Position numbers and translations under genes: made by a program. From Lingula anatina (Eukaryota > Animalia > Brachiopoda): DNA of 64,000 nucleotides. Position 1 is the stretch's first letter. Every line of letters begins with the position of its first letter. Positions 1-57,736 of this stretch are shown one piece after another. Where the stretch lies: positions 41,670,401 through 41,734,400 of the forward strand of contig CM120641.1 of the NCBI GenBank assembly GCA_051362555.1, written 5' to 3'. The notes beneath the pieces are model-generated. The model did not search any database and was not told the origin of the DNA. It saw only the letters and a program-made list of their open reading frames with translations.

Positions 1-1045
1 ACAACAGTAGTACATGTACGTGCATTTCGAAGTCGATTTTAAATTAATACAATCTTCTGAGTATTTCGGAAGGCATTTAGAAGTTTCTTAAAAGAAGCTG
101 CAATTATACAAAATGATCTTTATCCCCTCGATTGATTCAGGGAATCTGTTAGGCTGTCAGTTTAGACGAATGCAGCGATCCTTGGAGATGTCTCCTCATT
201 GTAAAAAAAAAAATCCAACCTCAATCCGGCAAATGCCAGACAAAATGATTCAGTGATCGGTGCCACTAATAAGCAGACGGTGCAAGATTAGAATGTGAAA
301 AGGTTTTGAGAGAATTATCATGCGTCACTAGCAACGACTAGAAAAGAATTGGACTATATGCAGACTTCTACTTCTCCGATTGTAAGGTTACCCAAAGCTA
401 CGAGGAGCGGTCACTTTTGACCAGTGTGATTTGTAAATCAGGTGCAATTACCAAATGAGAGTTAATGCTGTAATGATGTCAAAATAAAAACAGACTGAGA
501 GTCAAAAGGAAAAAATATCGTGTCTTTTCTCAATGAACAGCAAAACAGTATGTCATGTCTGTATAATCACGCCTGCCGATACAAAAAAAGCGGATGAAGC
601 GAATATAGTTGAATAGGAAGTGCATCTCAAGTACTCCAATGAACCTTTACACTTATTATCTGTGAAAAAACTAGTGCGTACAAGCGTTTAGTGTTGATTC
701 AAGCATTGCATATCCGTTGAAAATTTGCCAGTAAACAAAGATGTCTGACTTACCCATCCCAACTGAGATCTTCTCCTGATTTATTTGTCATTTTGATTTT
801 TTACTATCTTGAATTTAATGGTGGGGGGAAATTGGCAAATCTGAAAGAGGGTTTGTATGTGATGGATGTGGAAATCGATTCTAGAAGCAAACTAATGTGC
901 ACTCAGTACAAAAATGATCACTTTTCAAGCCACTGATAAATGGAAGTAAGTCGCAGTTAGTCGAGCTGTTAAGATAAACACATTCTTTGTTTTTGTTTTA
1001 TGAATAAGTCAGTGCCGCTAAAAGCATCATATGGTACATCTTTGA

Positions 1046-1125
1046 ATACAATACAATACAATGAATTGCATTGTAACACAATACATTGCAATACAATACA
1101 ATACAACAGAAAAACAATACACTAC
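1046..1125. repeat. Degenerate (ATACA)n pentanucleotide repeat
   Basis: Runs of aatacaatacaatac. Confidence 0.7.
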
Positions 1126-4100
1126 AGAACAGTGCTGTGCGATTAATAACAATACAAAACGACACACAACCTAACACAGTGACACGCAATTTACAACGTC
1201 ACGCTACCACAAATCACACAAAACTTTCACAGTGCCTGTTCAAGCGATCCATTAAACATTCCCGACTGTTTAACACTGACAACCCATGCTAGATACTTCT
1301 ACAATGTACGCTTACTGCCGTGCATTAGAAATTGATTCGTCCTTAATATAAAGGATCGCTAAAAAGATCGACAAGACAATTTTGAACCGCTGCTACGTAG
1401 ATGCAGATAATTTGGTTATTATGTCTCCTGATGGATGCTTTTTGGTCGTGTTGGGTGACTTGGGCACAAGAGCAGCCCGCGGTGCTTTGTCTTTTTCACG
1501 ACAGTCCAAAGTCCTCATCGTGTGCAGAACCTTTGCTGTGATCCTCTGTGCACCTATTTTCTTCTGATTTTATCCCTGCGTTAAACTAGCATGCCGTCAC
1601 TATGTGGGCAATCATGAATAAGTCATGCAAGTAATCAGGTAATGGGGTTATAGCACTATATAGTATATATGTACGTATACGCACGAGTACAAAATGTATA
1701 AATTTAACAACAAATAATTGAAATTATGATAATAAATATCCAAAATACTACTTGTAAGCAGGCATACTATAGTATGTACCTTACAGAAAATACAAAATTA
1801 GATCTGTGCGAAAGGCATTAAAAAAAGATAATGTTATTTAACAAATGAATAAAAATTAAATCATCATCTGTACCAGTAATAAAGATATAAAAGGGAATAT
1901 GCAAAAATCTTTTGGAGATATGAATGGATATCCATCCCTGTTATTCTTTATGCAAGCCATCTGCCGGCTATGAAATATTTTTCGTTTGCTTTAAATGATA
2001 GTACTATGAGGAGACTTTAATAGTCGTAACATTTTGATACGCCAGCATGCATGCTTACGATATTATATGTGATTTAGCTATTCGTCTCAATAATACCATT
2101 ACTGCAAACCAGAAACTGTCACAGTATATCATAAATACCGTTTGCTCTAAGTATAGAACTTTGTGGAATTTTTGTCGATTCAGTATTTATGGCATATGAC
2201 GACCAAAAAAGCTTTTATAATTAGTCGTTTATACTGTATACTCTCACCTCGTTTACAGCGATACAAATGAAACACGTTCTGGGGTGTTTTATTTGACGGA
2301 TAACCCTAGCTGAACACCAGGGGGAATGGAGTTAAGGTGTGCTGATGTGGACTACCGCTGAACTGACGACGACCTTACACTAGTACTAGCACAGAGTGAT
2401 TGTCAGCGCCTGTTTTGCTTTGTTTTGTTTCGTTTAACATCCTTATACATATGCTGCACCGGAATAGATGTGAAGATGTGAGAAATGTCAAATCAAACGA
2501 CAGTATAGTTTTTCATGTATGTGTTCCATGACTGTTATGATATCTGGGTATAGAGACGTAAAAGACGGTAGGCCACGTGGGGGGTCTTTTAAATTCTTTC
2601 TCTATTATGTTCAATCGGGGGCAGTTATTCGATGTCGCCAAGCCAGTGTCTGTGGTGAAAAATAGGATTTTGATTACTAACCTGACAACTCGGCAATAAA
2701 AGTTTCTATCTATCATCTATCTTCATTTACCCGTGTTTCGATATTTTCCTATCTTCTTACAAAATGCTACACACTGCGTTGATGTTTGAAATGGCGTTTT
2801 TATAGTTCGACTTGGTATAATTGCCTTTTTATTACCCTTGCTGCATCATTGCTGGCATAATCACGGAGGACGATTTCATTTAGGGGAAATCTGAAATCGA
2901 CAATCCGATGAAGATTATAGATGTGTCAGATATATAAAATGATAAGGTTATTCAATTTTTGTGATTCTATGTGGCAATTAGATTGCGTGAAATTATTTGA
3001 AGACACGTTTCAACAGACGCCAATAAATGAACGAGCAAATGCGACACGTACGAACAACATATTACTCTTAATTGCTCTATGTGTGCATGAAGGGTGTAAC
3101 GAAAGGAGGGAACACTCTGACAAGGAAAATATAGGCAATAGTTTGAATACAATCATTTGACAGCGATACAGTTGAAAATGTCGCAGGTAGGGGAATTGGG
3201 TAGAAAAAGAGTGCGGGCCATTTCTTTTGACGTAAGAGCGAGAGAAAAAAAACATTGTTTTCCATTCCCGTTTCATAAATATACCGGTTATGCCTGCCAC
3301 ATCTCGTAACCTGGTGTTCTAGTCGGTTCACCAGTTAGGATTTACTTGGAATTTGTTCATGCCGCCAGTTGATTAAAAGACATACATGTCGATATGTTGA
3401 CACAATTGCCCTTTGCTCTTTCTGATCACAATTTCCAGTACAATGCCAGTGGTAATTCAATGTTCAACAGCGTTCTACAGGGATGTGCCCTTAGTTTGGT
3501 ACATGTACAAACGTAATGACTTCTTTTTTTTCTTTCATTTCCCTTTTGAATTTTTCGCGACTGTCTGAGGTAATCAAGAGTGTATCACGAAATGGTATAG
3601 TCTAAACCTAAGATACAGACCAGACAGACAGACAGAGGAAGATTTTGAACCATGTAAACATTCCATTCGATACGTAACGAACTAGACTTAACAATACTGT
3701 GTAAATACCAAAGTCGTGTTTCTGTCTGTACTAGCTAGAAAGCAGACTCATTATTACTGTATATCATGACATAGCTCTCGGCTTGTCTGATTAGAGAAAG
3801 TTACTAGAGGTACAATACTGTGGTTAAGTACTCGGGTGCCAATTGTCCTTGCCCACAGAAAGAGCAATTCACTCCTCCCAAATCATTATGGCAGCATTCA
3901 CTGACCCTACACACCCTTGCAGGTCACCTTATTGTGGATTACTGCTATCTATTCTACCGGTACATTTTGCTTAAAAGTGAATAACAGCTGGATTTGTTAC
4001 CTTTTTAGATAAGTATTTTATTGAAAACTGGTATGTCAAGTTAGTGTCTTTACTGCAGGTTTGCACACCAGTGATTTGCCCTTACATAACGAACTTTATT

Positions 4101-4129
4101 TTGTCAGTATTAATATTCCGTAGGACATC

Positions 4130-4725
4130 CAAGTGATCTCAATATGGCCACCATCTTTCTGGGTATCGCCAGATAACAGTTAAGTAATCTTTTAGGGGCT
4201 ATGTTAGCCCAGGCTGTAAAGAAACTAGCGGCCAGAGCATTTTTGGCAAAGAGGCGATCCGTTCACCAACTTCTTAGAAACCAATTCACCAAAAACCATT
4301 ATTGAATTGGGCTGCCCAGCGATGAAATGCATATTCTTCGTGTGTTTACCAAGGTGATAAGCGGTTTCCTCTTAACAACCCCGGTGTGAATTCCTGTAGC
4401 ATGGAACCTTATTTGAACATTTCTTTGCCAACTTCAACCTACAAATTGCGCGACCACTGCAATGCTAAGGCTCTGCATGATTCAAATCTCCTAAGCCTTG
4501 ACAACATAAAAAGACGCCTGCCGTCTCTGGCACTAGTTTTCTTTGGGCACTCACTTCTTGTTGGCTTATGGACATCACTAGTGTCCTCCATCCTTTTGCA
4601 CACACTATTTACAGGCTGGCCAAACACAAATATCTGGCGGCTATCAGGGGGGCCATCTATATCCTTCTCCCTCAGAGAAACAATTTCTTTCCTTCTTCAT
4701 TTGTGAGCTCCCGTACCTTCACCAT
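4130..4725 (-). pseudogene. Degenerate, internally deleted Tc1-family transposase
   Basis: Minus-strand fragments across frameshifts and stops: MVKVRELTNEE/KEIVSLREK (HTH start), RSECPKKTSARDGRRL (like RSGRPRKT..DR), VQIRFHATGI..VVKRKPLIT (like VRRRL..G...RKKPLL), AWANIAP and QKDGGHIE (Tc1 C-terminus). The DDE core is missing. TATA-like TATAAAG on the minus strand at ~4772-4778. TIRs not identified. Confidence 0.65.
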
Positions 4726-6307
4726 GGTAGAAACCTGACAGCCAGAAGGGCGTCACGCCTTTGACGGCACCCTTTATAGATACTGGGATGAAAAGTTGTC
4801 ACTGCGGATCACTTTTTACGTCGTCCCTCGACCGGTCGAATTGAGACGAGATTTCATTACTGTGCCCCTGCAGAGACGACGGGTGGGGAGGCGTGAAAGA
4901 GGCGGAGAGACCATTACAGGATTAAGCGGTCTTTATTTCATGTAGGTCCGCCATATTTAGGCAGCACTCGGCTCTTCTCAATCTGAATGGTCCATAAAAC
5001 GCCTAGTGGCGCTTCACTCAGCAATAAGAAAGCGAAAACACTGAAAAATCTAATGATCTTTTACCTCACACGGCACGCGATAGAACAATTATGTTTACAG
5101 CTCATTTTTTCCGATTGATTGTAACGACTTGATTCTCGGAAATTTATGGTTTGCACGGAAGGCGGTGATGGTACAATGTAATAGTACACTGCGCCTTTAC
5201 GGGGTGCCACAAAAAGGCAAAAAGAATTGTATTAGTGTAACTACACGCACAGCAGTTCGTTTTCAGATGTCCTTTTGACACCCTGCGTCGTTGATCAATG
5301 ATCATGTTTTAGCTGATGAAAGGAATCTATCTGTCTAGCGAATTAGCCCATTATAAGAGCACTGCACATTTGATGTCATTCTTAGGATGAAAAAGACTGC
5401 TGTAAAATAATAATTGTTATTGACTAATATAGGTGTGCACGCATGCTGCGTTTACAGAAATAGTGCATGTTGATGCCACACCTTATATGTACATAATTAC
5501 AAGTTTATCGAATACATTTCAAATATGTATGCATGATGCAAAAAATATCGAAATTTCAATGTATTTCTTCATCGGCACGTAAACAGAGAGATACGAAAAG
5601 AGTGGTGAAACAGTGCAAAAAGTATTATAAAGTGTCGTTCTTACATTAGCCTGTCTGAATGAATTGAATGAACGCACCAGTTACACCACCACTGCTGTAA
5701 TTCGTTAAATCTATAATAACGCCGTGACTGAAAAACGTACTAGTACAACTGAAACGGTTGCGAATGAAAATGCCTGTCTGAGCGGGCATGCGCAGAAGCG
5801 ATCATCCCTAACCAAGCTGCAATACATATACAATCGACGGACTGCCCGCATTGAAATCGACTTCTTCCTTCAATCGCTGTTTATACAAACGCGCAGCACA
5901 CAGGCACAAGCGTGCGGAGAGATTAGGCTTAAATGGACAAATTATAGTGTTGGCCTAGCCGCATCGATGCCATCGAGCGGAGATGAAGTAATAGTAAATG
6001 AACGGGGGAAGGAAGTAAAGACCTAAAGTTTAAGCAAACAACGACGGTCTCCCGAAACGTGTACACATACCCGCTGGCGTCGGTGACAGTGCCGCGGTAC
6101 ACATTGATAACGAGAGAGCCGGGTGATTTGTTGTGCTATTCTTGGGCAGCATCTACTCAGTGTATGAGTCCCTAAGAGAAAAAACCCTTCGTTTGGAGTA
6201 CTGAAGGGGGGCGGTTCATCAGTAATGTATGGAGTTCCTGTCTTATTGTCGTTATTCTTGTCAGTATTCACTTACCAAGCAGCAGGGGAAGGCGCGGCAG
6301 TGAAAAC

Positions 6308-50222
<43,915 letters not shown>

Positions 50223-51587
50223 CCAGTAATCCCGAAATGGAGTCAAGAGATTTGAAAAAGTTTGAGATGCTGGCTCCCAACTAGAAGTTGTTTTCCTTGG
50301 AGGGGGAATTCCGGCCGACTGACATAAAATTGTAGGATATGGAGGAGTGTCAAAACATGTGTTTATCTTCCTTGTTAGGTACGGGAACTGTGCCCGTTAC
50401 CTGGTGATACTTTTTTCGAATATCCAGTGACATTCTATGAACAAACATTGCTCACCGCGCCCCACGCTAAATGGCTTCTTTCAAAGGGAGACGTGGACGA
50501 AAGGTTGGGTTTCTGAAAAGCGGGGTTTGAATCGAGAGAGCACCGTATATTGGAGATGACATTTCAGAAATGTTTACTTTTATTATTTCTGGCATTACGT
50601 TTCGATGTTAATCCGAATGCCAGTGTATGCCACAAGACAGACCCTGAATAAGACGAGGATAAAAAAATTGATGGCTGAAAAAGAAACGGGCTTTAGAGAT
50701 AGTAAAGTTATATTCAGAAAGTGGTTTTATCGACCACTTACAATGTCGTTGTAACTCTGGGGACATGCGCACGACGTTGATCGTTGATGTGTGGGGTTCA
50801 TGACATATTAGAATTAGCACTTAAATAACATTTCTCCATGGATTTAGGGGGCATCATTTCGGTTGATGTATTCGGCAAAGTGCAATTTTTGAACAGAAAC
50901 GTGTTGTCGTTGTTGTTGTTCTTTGTCTCTGAGGGACAAGGCAATTTATATTTAGGTACACTAGTGCACGAGTATAGTGTAACAACGACGTGTTTAAATG
51001 GCGGTATAGTATATTTAATGTTTACGATTTAACTTTATTACTATTTGTTTTTCAAAGGTCAGTTTGTGTTGTTTTTTATTCTCTATAGATAAAGTACCTT
51101 TTCTTATTTCTTCAGTCTGTTAACCGTTCAACGGTTCTTGTACAAGTCAATTGCCCGCCAAACATTGAATTAGAAAAACAAGGCGTTGTCTGTTTTTCTA
51201 TTTTCATATGGGTTACAACACATATGACAACTTTTCCACCCTAACATGTCTCAATTACCCCAACGGCCAAGACCAATTATATAAATATAGTGCATAGTTT
51301 ATTTGGGAACAATGAGTCCAGCTCAATTAATTTTAAATGTATTAGTTGTATAACAGCATGATCATTGTGAATCGGTTTGTCGTGTCATTCATTTCATCCA
51401 TTGCACTTCTGTGGCAGGTAATTAATCGATTTGAAAACGTTGTCTTTAGGATCATTGCGCTTTAAATGTAGTTTGCGTCACGTGATCTGATGATGACGTC
51501 ATTTCGTCACGTGGACAGGGATATTATGCTGTCGTCTTTAACACTCTCATTTGTTGTCGACAGCAAAGCTGCTATCTTTTTTTCGTC

Positions 51588-51593
51588 AATAAA
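51588..51593 (+). terminator. Candidate polyadenylation signal of the GC gene
   Basis: First AATAAA I found after the stop codon, followed by GT-rich gtatgtgtttatggg; implies a 3' UTR of about 1.4 kb. Confidence 0.45.
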
Positions 51594-51806
51594 AGTATGT
51601 GTTTATGGGATATCTGGCGTTTACGTCCATACCTAATAACATACCTCTTGAAGAACCATATTTCAAATTTTTGCACAAAAAAAACATATTCCGACGTTAT
51701 CGACTTCTTCAGAGCAAGCCTTTAATTACTCTTTCATTACTCTAACAAGATCTAAACATCAACTGTAGTAAAAGTTTCACAAACGGGATCAAAATCTGTT
51801 TACATT

Positions 51807-51978
51807 CAGACCCGTAGCCAGCAATTTCAAAAGGGGGGTTCTTTTTCTGAAAAAGTGGACCTTTTCCCATAAAAACTTCATGTACCTAGATCAAATTTTA
51901 CCCAGAGTGGACCTTTTCCCAGCAAAAGGGGTGGTTCTTTCCAACCCACCGATCCCCCCCCCCTCGGCTACGGGCCTG
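51807..51978. mobile_element. MITE / non-autonomous DNA transposon, copy 1
   Basis: Terminal inverted repeats cagacccgtagcc ... ggctacgggcctg (12/13 match), subterminal G-tract and C-tract, internal repeated gtggacctttt motif; no clear TSD. Confidence 0.75.
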
Positions 51979-53400
51979 TCTTTGTACATTTATAAATATT
52001 TCTTGAGCTGTAATTTTGCAGCAAGACATAAAATTGCATTATTTCTATATACGTTTATTTTCCCCTTCACATCTCCATTAATTACCGGAATATAGTTATG
52101 AGACCTACAACAAATATGGAAAGCGAACCACTTTTCTTGTATAACACGCACTATCGGGTGACTATTGCGATCTCAGCTATCACAATTCAGATCGTGTAGC
52201 GATTTACTTCTCAACTAACGCATTACTGTAACACACGATGTAATAGTGAATAATAACGACAACAGTCTGGAGCTTTCAAACGTTTATTCACCGACTCTCT
52301 TTTTCGCACAATGTCACAAGTATTTATACTCTATTTTCCAAAGAATTTTCCATTCTCATGTTGCAAACTGCCTTTCAATTTCCTTATTAGGTAATTTCTA
52401 ATAGACTTGTTTTCACTTTAAAATATTATTCGAATTACTCATGCTTGGACCTTGTCCATCTAGAGTTTGCATGCGTTTTACAGGTGTTAGAAACGTGCAA
52501 ATCTATTGAAAAATTAACCAATCAAATCAATCTATATGTGACTTTGAAATGTTCCATCCTTTCTTACTTCGAGAACAATCTTTACACTTGTTGACTCTTA
52601 AAGAAATTTAACTTGCTCTCAATCACTCCCTATCCTTTTACTCTTTTGATTCTGTTTTAATTGTTATCTGTAATTAATAAAAGTGTTAGTCATTTGCTTT
52701 ACAACAAAGATATATCACAACTACGGTGTTGGTCTTTTCAGTGAAAATAATGGAATTCAATATGCATCTATATGGACCACTTGTTTGTTCCTTCCATTTC
52801 AAGTCAACACAGAAAAAAACAGTCGATTTGATGATATGCTTCGTTTAAACACAATACATCATGGTTAAGAAACCATTTTGACCTCACTGGCATGTTCTCC
52901 TGACGATAGCACATAAAATAAATATATACAGTATAGTGATCAATGAATGAACCCATGAGTTATTTTCGTTTTTATACGTTAAGTAAACTTAAAAACCCGT
53001 TTTTTTTTGTGTGTGTATGTGTGTGTTTGTGTTTTTCAAGTCTCAAACAATGGCCTTTTTATTATATTGTGGTTTCTAGCACCTTTGTAATTTGCTTGTT
53101 ATATTGTTAATACGGTCGTTGACCCCGCTGGCAGAGTAAAAAGATTTAACAAGATTTACAAAGGAGACCCAGTCTACATCTAGGACAGACCAATAATCAA
53201 TAATAATGCTACAAAAATAAACTGTGACGGCACATGTGGCAAGTAGACAGTTTCGAGGCGACCCTGACGATTAGTGTAAACAGTTCCGAGTCCTTGGCAA
53301 CCACCTGAGAACTTAGGCTCGGGTGGGACTGATTTTTTTCCGAGTTCACTCAAAGTGATAGAAGTTCCGTAAAAGTCCGTGCAGCTCAGTCCAAGCAGAG
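51807..53400 (+). repeat. Duplicated segment copy 1 (MITE plus LOX upstream region and part of the likely 5' UTR)
   Basis: Colinear and near-identical to 61769-~63922, with scattered SNPs and indels. Confidence 0.95.
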
Positions 53401-53461
53401 GACACACGAAGCTTGAACGGGTCCACGGACAGGGTGCGCTGATACTGAACACTGAACCACA

Positions 53462-53956
53462 ATGGGGAACTGTCAACAAGGCAGCGTCGTCTTTACCCAT
53501 ACGTTGTATGTTCACACAGGTGATATCAAAGGTGCCGGGACCGACGCTAATGTCATTGTAGTACTACAAGATGACCAGGGGAACAAATCAGCACCTACGA
53601 AGCTCGATCACATCCCAAGAAATGACTTAGAAAGAGGCTCAGTGAATAAATTTAATACCACGGTTAACCCCGCTCTTGGTAAAATTCAACAAATCGAGTT
53701 AACAATGGACGCAAAGGGAGTCGCGCCCGATTGGTTTGTGAACTTGATACGAGTTAAAGATCATCGAGTGAATCCACCCGAAACGTATGCATTTCCAATC
53801 CACCGCTGGATTAGACCCAAGTGTCATTACACGTTTAACATATATGATTGCATGCTGCCACAATGTGACAAGAATATAGAGCAGAGGAAAAAGGAATTAG
53901 AAGAGAAAAAGAAGACGTATGCATTCAGGCCAGAAAAGATAGGTTCTCCGATACAG
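53462..53956 (+). CDS. LOX exon 1 (PLAT domain)
   Basis: MGNCQQGS...GAGTDANV...DWFV...FPIHRWI...GSPIQ|GTAATG. Confidence 0.94.
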
Positions 53957-55788
53957 GTAATGTCATATACATTTACATTACCAAAGAGGTAATCATAATA
54001 ATAATAATAATAATTTATTAAGATTGCAACCCAGTGGGTTGAAGTTATACATAGAATGTTAAGAACATTATGATGATAATAAAATGTTATTTGCTTGAAT
54101 GAAACTAAGTTAAAAGACTGCTACTTGAAGGTAAATATATGAATATGCGATTCGTCTTTTAAAGTTGATGATTTATTCTATTGCAAATCATTTTGAGCAC
54201 GTGGGTTTATTGTTCTTGTATATCTCTTCACCAAAATTTTTTCGCAAATTTTGCAAATGTAGACCATGGACCTGTATGTAACGACCGACCTTAAATTATA
54301 CTTTTCGTAAAAATGCTCCTTCTCTTATCATTACCTATTCCTGTACTCCACACACATTGCAGTTTCAAATACAATTCAAATTAATCAAAAGTTTTTTTTT
54401 TTAATTGTTACTGCAAAATGACGCAAATACTTGTAATACAGTCGTCCGTTACAACGTAAAAGGTAAATTAAGATTTAACTTGAATATAAATTATTTCCGT
54501 TATTTCAGTCCATATAGAATATTTTTCTCCTTATTATCTCACGTTCATATTTTTTAATGTATTTCTCGCCCCGAAATATTTCCTATACTAATTTTAACTA
54601 CCACGCTAAAAAATGCCATCCAAGTTGCCGTATATAAATCAAATTGCCTAATAACATTTTCTTCAGATTGTCACTTTTCCAATCTTTTATTTAGGTAAAG
54701 GATTTGCCAGCGGAAGAGGAATTTTCTCGTTCTTACATGGTAAATTCGCTAATCTATTCGATTGTTTGTAAAAAAAATATACCATGCTTTTGCTAAGTTA
54801 AACATTTATCATAGATGTATTGTATATGCAGAAACATTCAAAACGTAGTTCACTATATTTATGTAATCATCAAAATTGCTTTAAAGGAAATAACAACAAA
54901 AATGCCCTATGGTCTCTAGTTTGTCAGTGTGTGACTGTGGGATGTCTGTCGTTGTCTGAAGTATCTTGTTGACATTGGTTATTGGTTAAAAGGATAAACC
55001 CTGTTGATTTTCATTCGGTTCAGGATTGTTGTCTATATGTACATGTAAAAAGTTAACTTGAGGGAAGCCCACTGACTTTTTTGATGTTGTATTATTTTTC
55101 ATTTTTGATGTAATCACTTTAAATTGCGTGAACTGAAACTAGGTCATGACTTCTCCAACTAATCCAGAACCTATCAGGATTGGCAATAGTGTAGGGGTTT
55201 GAAAATCGAAAAATTTACTTCGAAAATACACACGTTCTTCATTAATTTAAGTATCATACTAAAAATATTCATGATATTTATGTTACCTTACATATTTTTT
55301 ACTACTTTTGACGGTTTCGTCTAGATTTCATCAGATCTAGCCCCCCCTTTTTTATATTACGATTATACATTAAGGAATATATTCGACGGGTGTCATGTTA
55401 AAAAATTATTTTGTCGTAATTATGACGTAATATTTTTTTACATGACACCTGTCAGCTTCCATAAAATTGCACTTCAAGATTTTGCACAAAAAAATCGATA
55501 ACGAACAACCATATTATTTGCGACGCGTGTCATTCACTTTGAACATATTTAGTTTTTAAATAATTTATGACCCATTTTAAGACATGTCTTCACTTCACCC
55601 GCCTTTTAAGCTAGGCTGTATTTTTCTTTTCAGTGGGACCTAGTGTCGCGAGGCGCAAAAATTAAAGTCGAGTCTGGGTTGACCAAGATCGCAACACTTT
55701 TTGACAAGTGGGAGAATTACGAAGATCTGAAACAGCTGTACTCAGGACCGTTTGCGATAGGAAAACCTGACGTAAGTACCTTTTTGGC

Positions 55789-55823
<35 letters not shown>

Positions 55824-56928
55824 TTAGAATCCTTGGATTTTAATCTGGTTTCAAAAAAGCTCATTACACGTACCCTGTTGTACTTAATTCACTCTAGTAG
55901 AACGCACAGAACAGATTTGATTAGTTATCGTAAACTGAATGTCGTGACCTAGCATTGTTGATAATTATTTCAGGAAGAAATGAAGTACTGGCAAGATGAC
56001 GAATGGTTTGGTGCCCAACGTTTGGCCGGAGTGAACCCTTTACTTATATCATTGTGTACCAATATCCCAGAGAGGTGAGACAGAGAGGATTTTCATAGAC
56101 GTGGCTTGTTATATAAAAACATCCTTTCGATAAACTTAGCCAGAGGCGTTAGGAGCAGGCGTATAAGAAGTAATGCCTTCTATGATTTTAAAACTTCATT
56201 GGGTAAAGAATGAACGTATTATGGGCGATTTTTATTTTATATTTAGGTTTTTTAAAGTGTTCACTTTTCCATATCTCATATAGGCCTATTTGCGTGAGCT
56301 ATTTATTATGATTTTTGGTTTTCGTCGTTTGAGCAGTTAGTTTGATGTAGACACCCATGCAGTAATCAAGTTTTAACAAGAACAATCGACCCAAATAATC
56401 GTTTATCAAGCATATTTAAGATAAATAATCGGTTGATTTGGCTGTAATATGGACCCACGGGTTTTCATATATAACTAGGTTTGGGGTGACAGAAGAAATG
56501 GTGGAGCCATTCCTCGAGGGCTACAGTCTAACACAGGCAATGGAGTCCAAGAGACTTTTCATAGTAGATCTAAAAATTCTGGAAGACATACCGCACACAC
56601 CGGAAGCTGAGGTATATGTAACGTCTACACAAAGAACATTGCTGCTATTTGGTGTTAATGAGGGTGATGGGCTATATAAACGGAATATTAGGGAAGCACC
56701 TGAACCAACACGAGAATTCGCATATATGCACATTGTATCCGTCTTTTACGTAACTGTCATATAAATGCATATACTAATAAATGATGACATTTATGTTTTC
56801 CCTTTAACTATTCCCAGGTATGTTCACCTTTGGCGTTGTTCTTTCAAAAAGGAAATGGACGTTTGGTGCCAGTAGCGATTCAGCTGTACCAAGAGAAGGG
56901 TCCAAATAACCCGGTTAGTACTTCCACC

Positions 56929-56972
<44 letters not shown>

Positions 56973-57697
56973 TTTATACCATCTTAAATTGGCAGATCAA
57001 CCATCGACGAACAAGCTAGTTCCCTTAAAACATGTAATTTCAATGTCGAAAGAGAATTCAAAGCCATTTAATAGTAAAGACAATATGTAAGTTTGCATGC
57101 ATGGATGCATATTATATGTGTTTCTCACGCTTCTCTCTTTAGCAATTGACACAGATGTGTCGTCTGAATGTTGCATGGGTGATTTTTCTTTTCGCAGGTG
57201 TTTTTGCCTAGCGACCACCCCGAGACCTGGCTCTTCGCAAAGATGTGGTATAACAATGCTGACGCCACGTACCACCAATCCGTCTCTCATCTTGGTAAGT
57301 TACCCGTTTTGCAAACGAATTATATTAATATAAGCCCGAAAATTGGTCTAAACGCAGTACTCTAGTAATAGAGAGGTACATGTGCTGTTAAAAGATGATC
57401 GAAATCTAGTCTGATGATCGAAATCTGAAGTCTGCTGGCTTCACTCAGCCTATATTTGTCTACTTTAAGTAACATATTGACTCACCTTTTTTAAGAAAAA
57501 GGAAAGGAAACAACCACCAGATTTATCTGCATGGGGGTAGACCTAAGTACTAGTAAATGCTTAGGTGCAATTCTATATACATACGAAACAATCGAAAACA
57601 CACAGACACGTAAACAAACATTTTGCCATATTTCCTAAATCACCGAATAATTTTGCTGTCCATCTCTCACTTTTTCATTATTATTATTATCATTATA

Positions 57698-57736
<39 letters not shown>

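Noticed and set aside
5724-6026. 100-aa ORF upstream of the GC, and the overlapping 123-aa ORF at 6417-6788
   Set aside because: Both start at GTG and contain no recognisable motif; the second is an alternative frame of GC-rich exon 1.
6269-6276. Perfect minus-strand donor (GGTAAGT) just upstream of the GC ATG, suggesting an antisense spliced transcript
   Set aside because: A 7-mer like this is expected several times by chance in 64 kb, and no partner exon was found.
50223-53461. Possible allene oxide synthase (catalase-like)-LOX fusion as in corals, or a GC-LOX read-through fusion
   Set aside because: No catalase-like exons lie in the interval, the GC has a clean TAG, and the LOX ATG has an in-frame TGA three codons upstream. 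This is a stand-alone LOX.
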